Below, piece after piece: positions 48,818 through 57,400 of a DNA stretch of 64,000 nucleotides. This stretch comes from Polyangiales bacterium (GTDB lineage Bacteria > Myxococcota_A > Polyangia > Polyangiales > Polyangiaceae): NCBI GenBank assembly GCA_038231275.1, contig JBBRLQ010000002.1, positions 320,001-384,000 of the forward strand, given 5' to 3'. A program made the translations under genes and the position numbers. The notes beneath the pieces were generated by a model that saw only the letters and a list, made by a program, of their open reading frames with translations, ran no database searches and had not been told where the DNA came from. The number at the start of each line of letters is the position of its first letter. The first letter of the stretch is position 1.

Positions 48818-48860
48818 ACAAAAAACGCGTGAGCCCGAGCGACGGATCGCCCAGGCTCAC
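48818..48860 (-). terminator. Hairpin plus T6 just upstream of the TPR gene RBS
   Basis: Minus strand GTGAGCC...GGCTCAC GCG TTTTTT. Confidence 0.5.
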
Positions 48861-48875
48861 ACCTATTCTCTCCTT

Positions 48876-48925
48876 CTCCTCCCGCCTCCTCCCGCCTCCT
48901 CCCGCCTCCTCCCGCCTCCTCCCGC
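48876..48925. repeat. Perfect intergenic tandem repeat (CTCCTCCCGC)x5
   Basis: Five exact 10-bp units. Confidence 0.92.
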
Positions 48926-49050
48926 CCCGTCGTGCGCAGCACGACTTCGCGAAAGCGACGCGCGGGGGAGGCTCGCGAGTCCTCGAGCGAGGGGGGCCGC
49001 CGGCCCCCACCAGGCGAAAGCCGTGGGAGCCACGCGGCCCTGCGAAGCGA

Positions 49051-50445
49051 TCAGGGCGTCGGCTTACCGTGACCTTGCGAGTAGCCCTCCCACGGCAAAG
49101 CCAGGTACGGGAAGGTCGTGAGGTACGGCTTGTCGTTGTAATCGACGCCGTCGGAGACCGCGAGGGTGCCCTTGGCGAGGAGGACGCTGAGCAGCACGTC
49201 GGTCACGTCGGCCTGCTCCTTGTTCGGCGCCGCGCCGCCCTCGAGGGGACGGCCGTTCGGGAAGCCGGAGTCGAGGCCGAGGTCCACGCGGAGCACGTCG
49301 CCCGTCGCGGAGAGGGGGATATTGTGGCCGCTCGCCTTGAGGTTGATCGTGTCGATGATGTCGATGCGGTCGTGCTTGAGCGCGTCGACGGTCGACTGCG
49401 GCACGCCGAGCGCCTTGTAGATGCCGACCGCCTCGGCGTCGCGGACGATGACGGGGTTCAGGAAGTACGCGCCGAAGTTGTCGACGTCGCGCGCCGGCTT
49501 GGACGCGTTGTACTTGTCCTTGTCCTGGAGGCCGATGACCGCTTCGTTGATGAGCGGCAGGCCGAGACGCGACACCTGCTTCCACGGGCCGTAGCCTTCT
49601 TCGGTGCCGTCGTTACGGAGCACGCGGACCTTGCGGCGGCTGGCCGACGCCCAGATGCCGAGCGTCTGCGCGTCGTTCGCGCCGGCCGTGGGGGGAGCGC
49701 CGGTGCCGGTGAGCTCGCTGGTCGGGATTTCCAGGGCGATCGTGTGGCAGTTGAAGCCGGCGACGCCGTCCTGCGCGGTGCCCTTGGGGCGGAGGTTCGC
49801 GAGATCGAAGACGCCGCCGAGGTCGACGTAGAAGCCGTCATCACGCGGGCCGACCCACGAGCGACCGTTCTTCGTCTCGAAGGGAGTGATGAACCCCGCG
49901 GCGAACGCGTCGTCGTACTTCGCGCCGGCGGCGATGACCGCCTGGGTGCGCGGGCCGATGTTGGTCGGCGCGATCTTCGCTTCGTTGATTTGGGTCGTGG
50001 CGACGCCCTTCTCGATGCGGATGATCTGGTAGGTCTGCACGTTGCCGGCGAGCTGCGCGAAGAACTCTTTGCCTCCACCGAGGGGGTCGTTCAAATCGCT
50101 CGGGTCTTTGCTGGGGAAGCCGGTCGAGTTGAAGAGGATCTGATAGGTGACCACGTCCTTGAGCGACGCGTTACCGCGCGCGATGTGGATTTGGTAGAGG
50201 ACGTCGTCCGAGAACTGGTGGAAGTTCGGACCGCCGCTCGGCTCCTCGAGGGGAATGTACGAAGCGACGATGTTGAGCTTGTCGTGTGAACCGGGCGAGA
50301 CCCATGCCCAGAGGTCCGTGTTGTCGGCCGCCGGGTCCCGCGAAATGGCGGGCGCTTCACGGTGGCTGGACGCGCTGGCGATCGAGACGACCCCGGTGCA
50401 CGAGAAGGCCGCGAGGGACGCGGCGAGGAGATGACGACGCTTCAT
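49051..50445 (-). CDS. DUF4331 domain protein
   Basis: ASSHREAP, DNTD, GPRDDGFYVDL, QVSRLGLPLINE, GFPNGR, FPYLA.P. Confidence 0.9.
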   Translation of the reverse strand: MKRRHLLAASLAAFSCTGVVSIASASSHREAPAISRDPAADNTDLWAWVSPGSHDKLNIVASYIPLEEPSGGPNFHQFSDDVLYQIHIARGNASLKDVVTYQILFNSTGFPSKDPSDLNDPLGGGKEFFAQLAGNVQTYQIIRIEKGVATTQINEAKIAPTNIGPRTQAVIAAGAKYDDAFAAGFITPFETKNGRSWVGPRDDGFYVDLGGVFDLANLRPKGTAQDGVAGFNCHTIALEIPTSELTGTGAPPTAGANDAQTLGIWASASRRKVRVLRNDGTEEGYGPWKQVSRLGLPLINEAVIGLQDKDKYNASKPARDVDNFGAYFLNPVIVRDAEAVGIYKALGVPQSTVDALKHDRIDIIDTINLKASGHNIPLSATGDVLRVDLGLDSGFPNGRPLEGGAAPNKEQADVTDVLLSVLLAKGTLAVSDGVDYNDKPYLTTFPYLALPWEGYSQGHGKPTP

Positions 50446-50471
50446 GGGAATGCCTCCGATAAATTCGCTTG

Positions 50472-50498
50472 AAAAAAAGTGGGCGGCGTACGGCCGCC
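50472..50498 (-). terminator. Hairpin plus T7 between the propeller and DUF4331 genes
   Basis: 6-bp stem GGCGGC/GCCGCC, then CAC TTTTTTT on the minus strand. Confidence 0.5.
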
Positions 50499-50524
50499 GA
50501 ATTGGGCGCGGCGCGGGCCGCGGA

Positions 50525-51505
50525 TCACTTGAGGACGTAAACCGTCCCCGTCTTGTTGGCGCGCGCGTCGGCCCAGGCGAAGACGCCGGTGTTGCGGGCG
50601 CGATGCAGGCCCGACGACTCGACGAACTTGCCGATGGTCTGCTGCACGGCGTCGCCGAGCAGCTTCATGTCGCCGCCTCCGACCGGCAGCGTGTAGACCG
50701 CGTCGGTGCCGAGGGTTTCGTCGAGGGCGCTGACCACGACCTGCGACTCGTCCGCAGAGAGGGCGAGGCCGCTGGGGTAGCCGACGAGGATGTCGTGGGC
50801 AAGCTCGATGGGAGCGCCACCTGCGATCTTGAACACGCTCGCGCGGTGCGTCGCCGAGCCGGCCGCGTCGAGGACGAAGACGTCGCCCGTCTTGGTGACC
50901 GCGATGCCCGCGGGCTGCCGAAGCGCGCCGCCGCTCGCGAGGACCGTCGGGCTGCCGCCTGCCGCCGGGATCTGGTAGACGGCGCCGACCACCTTGGGGG
51001 CCGTGCCGCTCGTGCCGGTGTAGTAGACGCTGTCGCCGCGGACCTCGACGCCGCGGGGGAGCGTCCCTTGCGTGCCGTCCATGAGCGTCGGTGCGCCGCC
51101 GCCCACGCCCATCGTGAAGAGCGCGCCGCGCTCGTACGTGTCGCTCTCGGCGCCGCTGTCTGCGATCACGAGCGTCTTGCCGTCGTCGGTGATCGAGATG
51201 CCGAAGGGCGAGACGAGCGGGTCACCGGCGAAGAGCTGCGTGAGCCCTTGGCCATCGGCGCCCACCTTGAAGACCGCCGGGCCGCCGGCGAGCGACAACG
51301 CAGTGAAGTAGATGAACTTGCCGTCCGGATCGGGCGTCGCGTCGAACGGCGATCGGAACTGGGCGTCGTTCGCCGCCTTTGCGATCGTCACCGAGCCGGC
51401 CGGGGGCGGGTTCGGGTCTTTGTTCCCACTTCCACTGCTACTGCACCCGACGCTTGCGAATGTCACCAGCGACGCTGCTGCGAGCAACCTTTGAATGTCG
51501 TTCAT
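50525..51505 (-). CDS. NHL-like beta-propeller lipoprotein
   Basis: SVGC lipobox; SPFGISI, PRGVEV, QPAGIAV, YPSGLAL blades; AAGGAGG RBS. Confidence 0.8.
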   Translation of the reverse strand: MNDIQRLLAAASLVTFASVGCSSSGSGNKDPNPPPAGSVTIAKAANDAQFRSPFDATPDPDGKFIYFTALSLAGGPAVFKVGADGQGLTQLFAGDPLVSPFGISITDDGKTLVIADSGAESDTYERGALFTMGVGGGAPTLMDGTQGTLPRGVEVRGDSVYYTGTSGTAPKVVGAVYQIPAAGGSPTVLASGGALRQPAGIAVTKTGDVFVLDAAGSATHRASVFKIAGGAPIELAHDILVGYPSGLALSADESQVVVSALDETLGTDAVYTLPVGGGDMKLLGDAVQQTIGKFVESSGLHRARNTGVFAWADARANKTGTVYVLK

Positions 51506-51530
51506 TCGACGACCTCCTTGCGTGAGGTGT

Positions 51531-51557
51531 TACGTGCGACGACCTCGGGTCGGTTGC
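51531..51557 (-). promoter_or_regulatory. Putative ECF promoter GCAACC-N17-CGTA for the DUF4331 operon
   Basis: Minus strand GCAACC gacccgaggtcgtcgca CGTAA, just above the RBS. Confidence 0.4.
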
Positions 51558-51810
51558 ATCGATCGCACGCCGCAATCGCCGATTTATTCACGGAATTTTC
51601 ATGCGATCCGAGCCGCGGAGTCGTGCGTAGTGGCGCGCCCCGTCCCTCCCACGTCGCGAGCCAGCCGTTCTGAACCGCGATCCATCGTGAGCGATCGCGA
51701 CTGGTTCGCGGACGAACCATCGCCGCGATTCCCTGCAAAAACGTGGTGCGCGCGCCGATCACCGCTCGGCACGGCCGCTGCAGAAGGGGCGTTTCGAAAA
51801 GGAGCTCACC

Positions 51811-52449
51811 ATGCCTCGCTCGACTTTCCTCGCATCAATCGCGCTCGTCGCCGTGTCCGCCGTTTCCCTCGGTGCGTGCAGCTCCGGAGGCGGCGCGGGT
51901 GATCCCGCGGATCAAACCGGCAACACCGAGCAAGATCTCTCGGCGATGGGCGTCGATGGGGAGCAGGCGCTGGACGACGCCGCGCCGGAGCCCGAGGAGG
52001 CGCCGCAACCGGAAGCGATCAGCCCGTTCGCGAGCGCCGGGACGACGCTCTCGTGCGGCCACGTGCAGTGGTGGAACTCGTACATCACGCACCAGGCGAT
52101 CTCGTCGAGCGGATGGCACGACACCGACCTCTCCGTGCGATCGTCGAGCGCGGTGCAGCTCCGTCACGCGTCGCGCCTGGTGCGTCACGGCGTCTATGGA
52201 TGGGGGTACATGCCGGAGTTCGTCGACACGGTCACGGGGCGTCGCTTCCGCTTTTTGCACTTGCGCCCGCAACACCAGCTCGCGACGACCGTGGGCAGGA
52301 CCTACCCCGCCGGCTACGTCGTCGGGTATTCCGGCGGCGACACGCGCGACACCGGCTATCCCCGCTACTCCACCGGTCCGCACCTCTGCGTGCAGACGCT
52401 CTCGAGCTACCGGGCGTGTTTCCCGGCGGGTCACGTCGCCTGCCATTGA
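51811..52449 (+). CDS. Lipoprotein with a degenerate M23 peptidase-like domain
   Basis: LGAC; FLHL...VG...G.VVGYSGG...STGPHLCV; AAGGAG RBS. Confidence 0.65.
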   Translation: MPRSTFLASIALVAVSAVSLGACSSGGGAGDPADQTGNTEQDLSAMGVDGEQALDDAAPEPEEAPQPEAISPFASAGTTLSCGHVQWWNSYITHQAISSSGWHDTDLSVRSSSAVQLRHASRLVRHGVYGWGYMPEFVDTVTGRRFRFLHLRPQHQLATTVGRTYPAGYVVGYSGGDTRDTGYPRYSTGPHLCVQTLSSYRACFPAGHVACH

Positions 52450-52514
52450 TCGCGTCGCGCCTCCGCGCGTGAGACCCCTGGCGCGGCGTCGCCAAGATCG
52501 GCGATGGTGTCGGG

Positions 52515-53291
52515 GTGAGCCTCGGGCCCTTCACCGTCGCGCCGATCGGCGTCGCGCACACACCGTTCGGCGAGAAGGCGCTCGCGCCGCGTCAGGCAGC
52601 AGCCGGCAAGGACGTGACGGGCACGATCGAGCTGTTCTCGGAGTACGAGCACGCGCTCGAGGACCTCGCCGGCTTCGCGCGCATTTGGGTCCTCTACTGG
52701 TTCCACCTCAACGTGGGATCGTGGAAGCCGAAGGTGCTTCCCCCGCGCAGCGATGAGAAGCGCGGCCTCTTCGCGACGCGCTCGCCGCACCGGCCCAACC
52801 CCATCGGCCTGTCGTGCGTGCGCCTCGATGGGATCGACGGTCTCGTCCTCCGTGTCCGTGATCTCGATCTCGTCGACGGGTCGCCGATCGTCGATTTGAA
52901 ACCGTACGTGCCGTACGCCGACGCTTTCCCCGACGCCAAGGACGGATGGCTCGGCGCCGCGGTCGATCCGATCGCCTCCTACGAGGTGCGATGGTCGGAC
53001 GAAGCGCGCGAGCAGATCGAGTGGCTGCGCGTGACCCATGGAATCGAGCTCGCGCCGCGCGTGGAGCAGACGCTCTCGCTCGGCCCTCAGCCACACCCCT
53101 ACCGCCGCATCCGCAAGGACGGGGACGCGCTCCGCCTCGCGCTGAAAGAGTGGCGGATTCGCTTCCGCGCGGACGGCCAGCGCATGACGGTCCTCAGCGT
53201 GAAGAGCGGCTACCGCCACAGTCAGCTCTTCGCAGACCCTCCCGACCCGGCGCTCGCACCACATCGCGAGTTCGTCGCGCGTTTCGGGTGA
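52515..53291 (+). CDS. tsaA: tRNA (N6-threonylcarbamoyladenosine37-N6)-methyltransferase TrmO
   Basis: PIG, APRQ, RGLFATRSPHRPNPIGLS, DLVDGSPIVDLKPYVP. Confidence 0.92.
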   Translation: MSLGPFTVAPIGVAHTPFGEKALAPRQAAAGKDVTGTIELFSEYEHALEDLAGFARIWVLYWFHLNVGSWKPKVLPPRSDEKRGLFATRSPHRPNPIGLSCVRLDGIDGLVLRVRDLDLVDGSPIVDLKPYVPYADAFPDAKDGWLGAAVDPIASYEVRWSDEAREQIEWLRVTHGIELAPRVEQTLSLGPQPHPYRRIRKDGDALRLALKEWRIRFRADGQRMTVLSVKSGYRHSQLFADPPDPALAPHREFVARFG

Positions 53292-53306
53292 TACGCTGCT
53301 CGTCGC

Positions 53307-54491
53307 ATGGCCAGCTTGAATCCGAAGGACGCCCTCGATCCGAAAGAGCAGGGCGCCGTCCTCGTCCTCGACGAGATCGTGCGGCGCGCGGTCGCCCGGG
53401 GAGCGAGCGACATCCACCTCGAGCCCAAGCACGATCGCCTCGGCATCCGCCTGCGCGTCGACGGCTACATGGTGAACGAGCAGAGCGTCGCCGCCGACCT
53501 CGGGCCGCTCGTGACCTCGCGCGTGAAGGTGCTCGCGCGCATGGACATCGCCGAGCGACGCGTTCCGCAAGACGGACAGCTCACGCTGGAGCCGGACGGC
53601 AAGCGCATCCACCTTCGCGCGTCGACGTTCCCATGCTCGCACGGCGAGAAGGTCGTGCTCCGGATCATGATGGGCAACAAGCTCATCCCCTTCGAACAGC
53701 TCGGCCTCGATCCGTCGACACAACAGTACATGCGCGACGTCGTGACGCGCCCGCAGGGATTCCTCGTGACGAGCGGGCCTACCGGCGCGGGCAAGACGTC
53801 GACGCTCTACGCGTTCCTCCAGCTCATCGACACCGCGCGCGTGAACGTGATGACGCTCGAGGATCCGATCGAGGTCGAGATCCCGGGCATCACGCAGGGC
53901 CAGACGCACGTGCGCGCAGGCTTCACGTTCGCGGTCGGCCTTCGCGCGTGCCTCCGGCAAGATCCCGACGTCATCCTCGTCGGCGAAATGCGCGACGCCG
54001 AGACCGCCGCGATCGCGCTCCAGGCGGCGCTCACGGGTCACTTCGTCATGTCGACGCTGCACACAAGCGACACGGTCGAGTCGGTCGTGCGTTTGATCGA
54101 TCTCGGCCTCGAGCCGTGGATCGTCGCCAACGCGCTCTCTGCGGTTCTCGCCCAGCGCCTCGTGCGCGTGGTCTGCGACTCGTGCCGAGAGGTCGCGCGC
54201 CTCGACCACGATCTGTGGGACTCCGACGAGGTCCTGCTCGCGGCCGGCAGCGAGATCGTGCGGCCGCGCGGGTGCGCCAAGTGCTTCAAGACGGGCTACA
54301 AGGGGCGTTCGGGCGTCTTCGAGGTGCTCGCGATGGACGACGACATCCGCGAGCTCATCAAGCAAAAGGCTCCGGCGCGCGAGTACCGCGCCGCGCGCAA
54401 GGCGCGGAAGCTCCCGTCTCTCCGGCGCCTCGCGTTCGAGCGTGTGCGCGCGGGCGTGACGACCGTCGACGAAGTCCTGCGCGTCACGTGA
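53307..54491 (+). CDS. GspE/PilB-family secretion ATPase, short form
   Basis: ASDIHLEP, DIAERRVPQDG, GPTGAGKT, LEDPIE, LRQDPDVILVGEMRD, CDSC...CAKC. Confidence 0.92.
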   Translation: MASLNPKDALDPKEQGAVLVLDEIVRRAVARGASDIHLEPKHDRLGIRLRVDGYMVNEQSVAADLGPLVTSRVKVLARMDIAERRVPQDGQLTLEPDGKRIHLRASTFPCSHGEKVVLRIMMGNKLIPFEQLGLDPSTQQYMRDVVTRPQGFLVTSGPTGAGKTSTLYAFLQLIDTARVNVMTLEDPIEVEIPGITQGQTHVRAGFTFAVGLRACLRQDPDVILVGEMRDAETAAIALQAALTGHFVMSTLHTSDTVESVVRLIDLGLEPWIVANALSAVLAQRLVRVVCDSCREVARLDHDLWDSDEVLLAAGSEIVRPRGCAKCFKTGYKGRSGVFEVLAMDDDIRELIKQKAPAREYRAARKARKLPSLRRLAFERVRAGVTTVDEVLRVT

Positions 54492-54716
54492 GGAGCGCGC
54501 GGAGGCGTCCCCTCGCAGGAGGCGCCGTGAGGACGGTCGCGTGGAGATCCGCGACCGAGATTCCCCACGCCCTTCGTCCTCTGGTGAGGATCCAGCGCCT
54601 GAGTGGCCTCGGATCCAGCAGCCCGACCCCGTAAGGGGCCACTTCACTGTCACTGGAACCGATACAACCGCCGTCTTGTCGATAGTTTATGCCATGTGGG
54701 ACATTCGTATACCTTG

Positions 54717-54733
54717 TGGCCTAGAGTGTGCTT
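54717..54733 (+). promoter_or_regulatory. Possible sigma54 -24/-12 promoter
   Basis: TGGCCTAGAGTGTGCTT (GG-N10-GC) just before ATG 54747. Confidence 0.3.
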
Positions 54734-54746
54734 ACGGACAAGCACC

Positions 54747-56507
54747 ATGTCGAAGCGTTCCCTCTGGTTTGTCGTCCCGATGGCGCTGGTCACCGCGTGC
54801 TCGTCGTCGTCGCAAGACGGCGGGGACGATCCCGGCGGCCCCCTCGATGCGGTCCCCGACGCGCTGACCGAGTCCACCAAGGGCCCGATTGATCACCCCG
54901 GCAACTCGACCGAGGTCTGGTCCGTCCAGAACCAGTGGGCCGACACTTCGACGCCGGCCGCCACCGCCGACGGCATCGCGTGGGCTGCGAACAGCGGCCT
55001 CAGCTGGGAAGAGAAGTACGGCAAGTGGCTCGCCGGCTTCGAGATCATCCGCAACTCCGACGACACGAGCGAGACCATCCAAATCTCGACCCCGTACGGC
55101 GCCAAGAAGATCGCCCCCCCGTCGCTCGAATGCGCCGAGACGGCGATGGCGCTCCGCGGGCTCTTCGCGTCGTGGTTTCACCTCCCGTTCTTCATGACCG
55201 GCTGGGACAACAAAGGAAACCGGGCGCTCTACGCCGGCCACTTCGGCTTCGTCGACGGCAGCGGCAACCCGATCAGCCCCTTCCCACGCTTCAAGGATCA
55301 GTACACGGACAAGGAGACGAGCTGGCACGCCGGTGACCCGTGGCCGAAGGACGCGCACCTTCGTGCCCTTCACCTCGGCGACGGCGACGGCGTTGCGTTC
55401 CTCGAGCCCGGCGCGGGCGCGGGCGCGTGGTTCGACGAGGTCACGCTCAACAAGCGCACCGGCTACTTCCTCCGGCTCCTCCTCACCTATTTCGGCAGCG
55501 TGAACCTGGCCGATCCGTCGAACCTCTTCAACATCAAGGCCGAGGCGACCTCGCCGGGCGACGTGCTCCTCGAGCGCTGGCAGAAGCAGGGCATCGGCCA
55601 CACCATCCCCGTCTTCCGCGTCGACACGGTGAACGGAAAGCCGGCGCCGAGCGTCGCGACCGGCTCGATGCCGCGTCGCCAGCCCGTCTGGGCGCAGCCG
55701 ATGGACAACCGCCACTACTTCACGAGCGACGAGACCGGCGGCCAAGGAAAGGCGGGCGACGGAAACCCGTACGCGAAGCTCGGCGGCGGCATCCATCGCT
55801 GGCGCGTCGCGAAGCTCGCCGGCAGCACGTGGAGCAACAGTGTGCCCGCGGTCGACGCGAGCGCGTTCATCTCCGCGAGCGACACGGCCGCGATCGCGGC
55901 GCGCCCGAAGAAGTTCGACGACACCCTCGCGTTCGGCACCGCCCAGGATCGCAAGACGGCGGCGCTCCAGATGATCGACACCGCGCGCACCAAGCTCGGG
56001 CAGCTCCCCGCGAGCTGCTCGTCGCGCACGCTGCGAGAGGACGGATTCCGGATCCTCTACGCCGCCCTCCAGGAGCTGGAGCAAAAAGATCAGAGCGCCG
56101 TCGACAAGCAGTACAGAAAGCTCGAGGACTACGTCTTCGGCGAGCTCGAATACACGAAGAGCAAGACCTGCTGCTGGAACACGACGACGCCGGCGATGGC
56201 GCAGGTGATCGTCGATCTCGCGAACGCAGAGCAGGCCAAAGCGGCGGCGAACAACCAGTGCGTGCAGCCGACGGTCTTCCACGCGGTGGGCGGCGGCGAT
56301 GGTTATTCCCTCTGGGCGCAGCACGCGCGTGACATGGGGCGCACGGCCGACTGGCGCGCGTGGAGCGAGGACGAGCCGTGCGCGCAGAAGACGGTCACCG
56401 AAGACAGCCAGACGTGGCGCACGAACGACTACTGCTCGGTCTTCGGACCGCAGACGCCGATCACGCCGGCGACGGACGGCGGCGCGCCGGACAGCGGGGC
56501 GCCGTGA
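54747..56507 (+). CDS. Hypothetical lipoprotein (possible Cys/His hydrolase)
   Basis: VTAC lipobox; ECAE helix, PGDVLL, IGHT. Confidence 0.7.
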   Translation: MSKRSLWFVVPMALVTACSSSSQDGGDDPGGPLDAVPDALTESTKGPIDHPGNSTEVWSVQNQWADTSTPAATADGIAWAANSGLSWEEKYGKWLAGFEIIRNSDDTSETIQISTPYGAKKIAPPSLECAETAMALRGLFASWFHLPFFMTGWDNKGNRALYAGHFGFVDGSGNPISPFPRFKDQYTDKETSWHAGDPWPKDAHLRALHLGDGDGVAFLEPGAGAGAWFDEVTLNKRTGYFLRLLLTYFGSVNLADPSNLFNIKAEATSPGDVLLERWQKQGIGHTIPVFRVDTVNGKPAPSVATGSMPRRQPVWAQPMDNRHYFTSDETGGQGKAGDGNPYAKLGGGIHRWRVAKLAGSTWSNSVPAVDASAFISASDTAAIAARPKKFDDTLAFGTAQDRKTAALQMIDTARTKLGQLPASCSSRTLREDGFRILYAALQELEQKDQSAVDKQYRKLEDYVFGELEYTKSKTCCWNTTTPAMAQVIVDLANAEQAKAAANNQCVQPTVFHAVGGGDGYSLWAQHARDMGRTADWRAWSEDEPCAQKTVTEDSQTWRTNDYCSVFGPQTPITPATDGGAPDSGAP

Positions 56508-57214
56508 TTCGCGCGGGCTCGGCCGCGGTCCTGCTCGCAAGCGCCCTGCTCGGATGCAGTGGCGGCGGCGCGAACGGAGCCGCCACGGGGGACGAGCAAG
56601 ACGAGACGTCGGCTTCCCCACCGCTCCACGATCGGGCGTTCTACGAAGCGATCGCGACGGGCGCCGGCGTGGTGATGACAGGCCAAGCCGTCGTGGTGGG
56701 CCTGCGCGGCATCTCACGCGAGGGCGTGCGTCACGACGCGCACACGCAAAAGACGTTCGACGACGTCATCGCCGTGCTCACCGCCGACGGCAAGGTCATC
56801 GAGCTTCCCGGATCGACCCATCCTTGGTTCACGACGTCGACCGCGGCGCCCGACGTCGACGGTGACGGTCATCCGGACGTCGGCATGATTCGACCCGGTC
56901 GTTACCGCGCGGAGCCGCGTCCCGGACGCCTCCTCGCCGGACAGCCGACCTTCCACATCGTCACCGTCGCCGGTTCGGATCGGATCCCCGGTTGGCGAGA
57001 CACGAATCATGACGGCGTCTACGACGACGCTGAGCGCGCGGCGAGCGAATCGCGGAAAGACGCACTCAGCGCCGTGCTCTTTCACGAAGGCGGCCCCGCA
57101 GCGCCGGCGCCGATCGGCTGCCAGGTCCTCGACGCGCACGCGATCAAGACGTTCATCGCCGCGGTCGGCGGCCCGGGCGCGCAGATCGACTACGTGCTCG
57201 CCGACGCCCCCTGA
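56504..57214 (+). CDS. Hypothetical lipoprotein with a YkuD/L,D-transpeptidase-like H...GC motif
   Basis: LLGC lipobox; VLFHEGG.......GCQV; DVDGDG and DTNHDG Ca-binding-like loops; GTGA overlap. Confidence 0.6.
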   Translation: MIRAGSAAVLLASALLGCSGGGANGAATGDEQDETSASPPLHDRAFYEAIATGAGVVMTGQAVVVGLRGISREGVRHDAHTQKTFDDVIAVLTADGKVIELPGSTHPWFTTSTAAPDVDGDGHPDVGMIRPGRYRAEPRPGRLLAGQPTFHIVTVAGSDRIPGWRDTNHDGVYDDAERAASESRKDALSAVLFHEGGPAAPAPIGCQVLDAHAIKTFIAAVGGPGAQIDYVLADAP

Positions 57215-57265
57215 AGCTCTCGGCCACCCTTGACAGTCGCGTTCGGCGACGCACGTTGGCGGCCA

Positions 57266-57300
57266 CTTGGAAGCGAGGGTTCGACTCCCTCGGCGCACCT
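57266..57300 (+). ncRNA. Isolated tRNA T-arm plus 3' acceptor-like segment (module 1)
   Basis: GAGGG TTCGACT CCCTC GGCGCACC; TTGACA at 57230-57235 upstream. Confidence 0.5.
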
Positions 57301-57400
57301 CTCCCACGCGCTCGGCGCGTCACGCGAACACGCGAGCCTGCTTGCCCGCGCACGTTCGCGCGGCGTTTTGCCGTTCGCGTCTGGGGTCGGATCGCGCGCG

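Noticed and set aside
54560-54645. Hammerhead or riboswitch in the intergenic region after the ATPase
   Set aside because: CTGGTGA and paired GGATCC segments and a CCCC-GTAA-GGGG hairpin are present, but the CUGANGA/GAAA core and known aptamer consensus are not.
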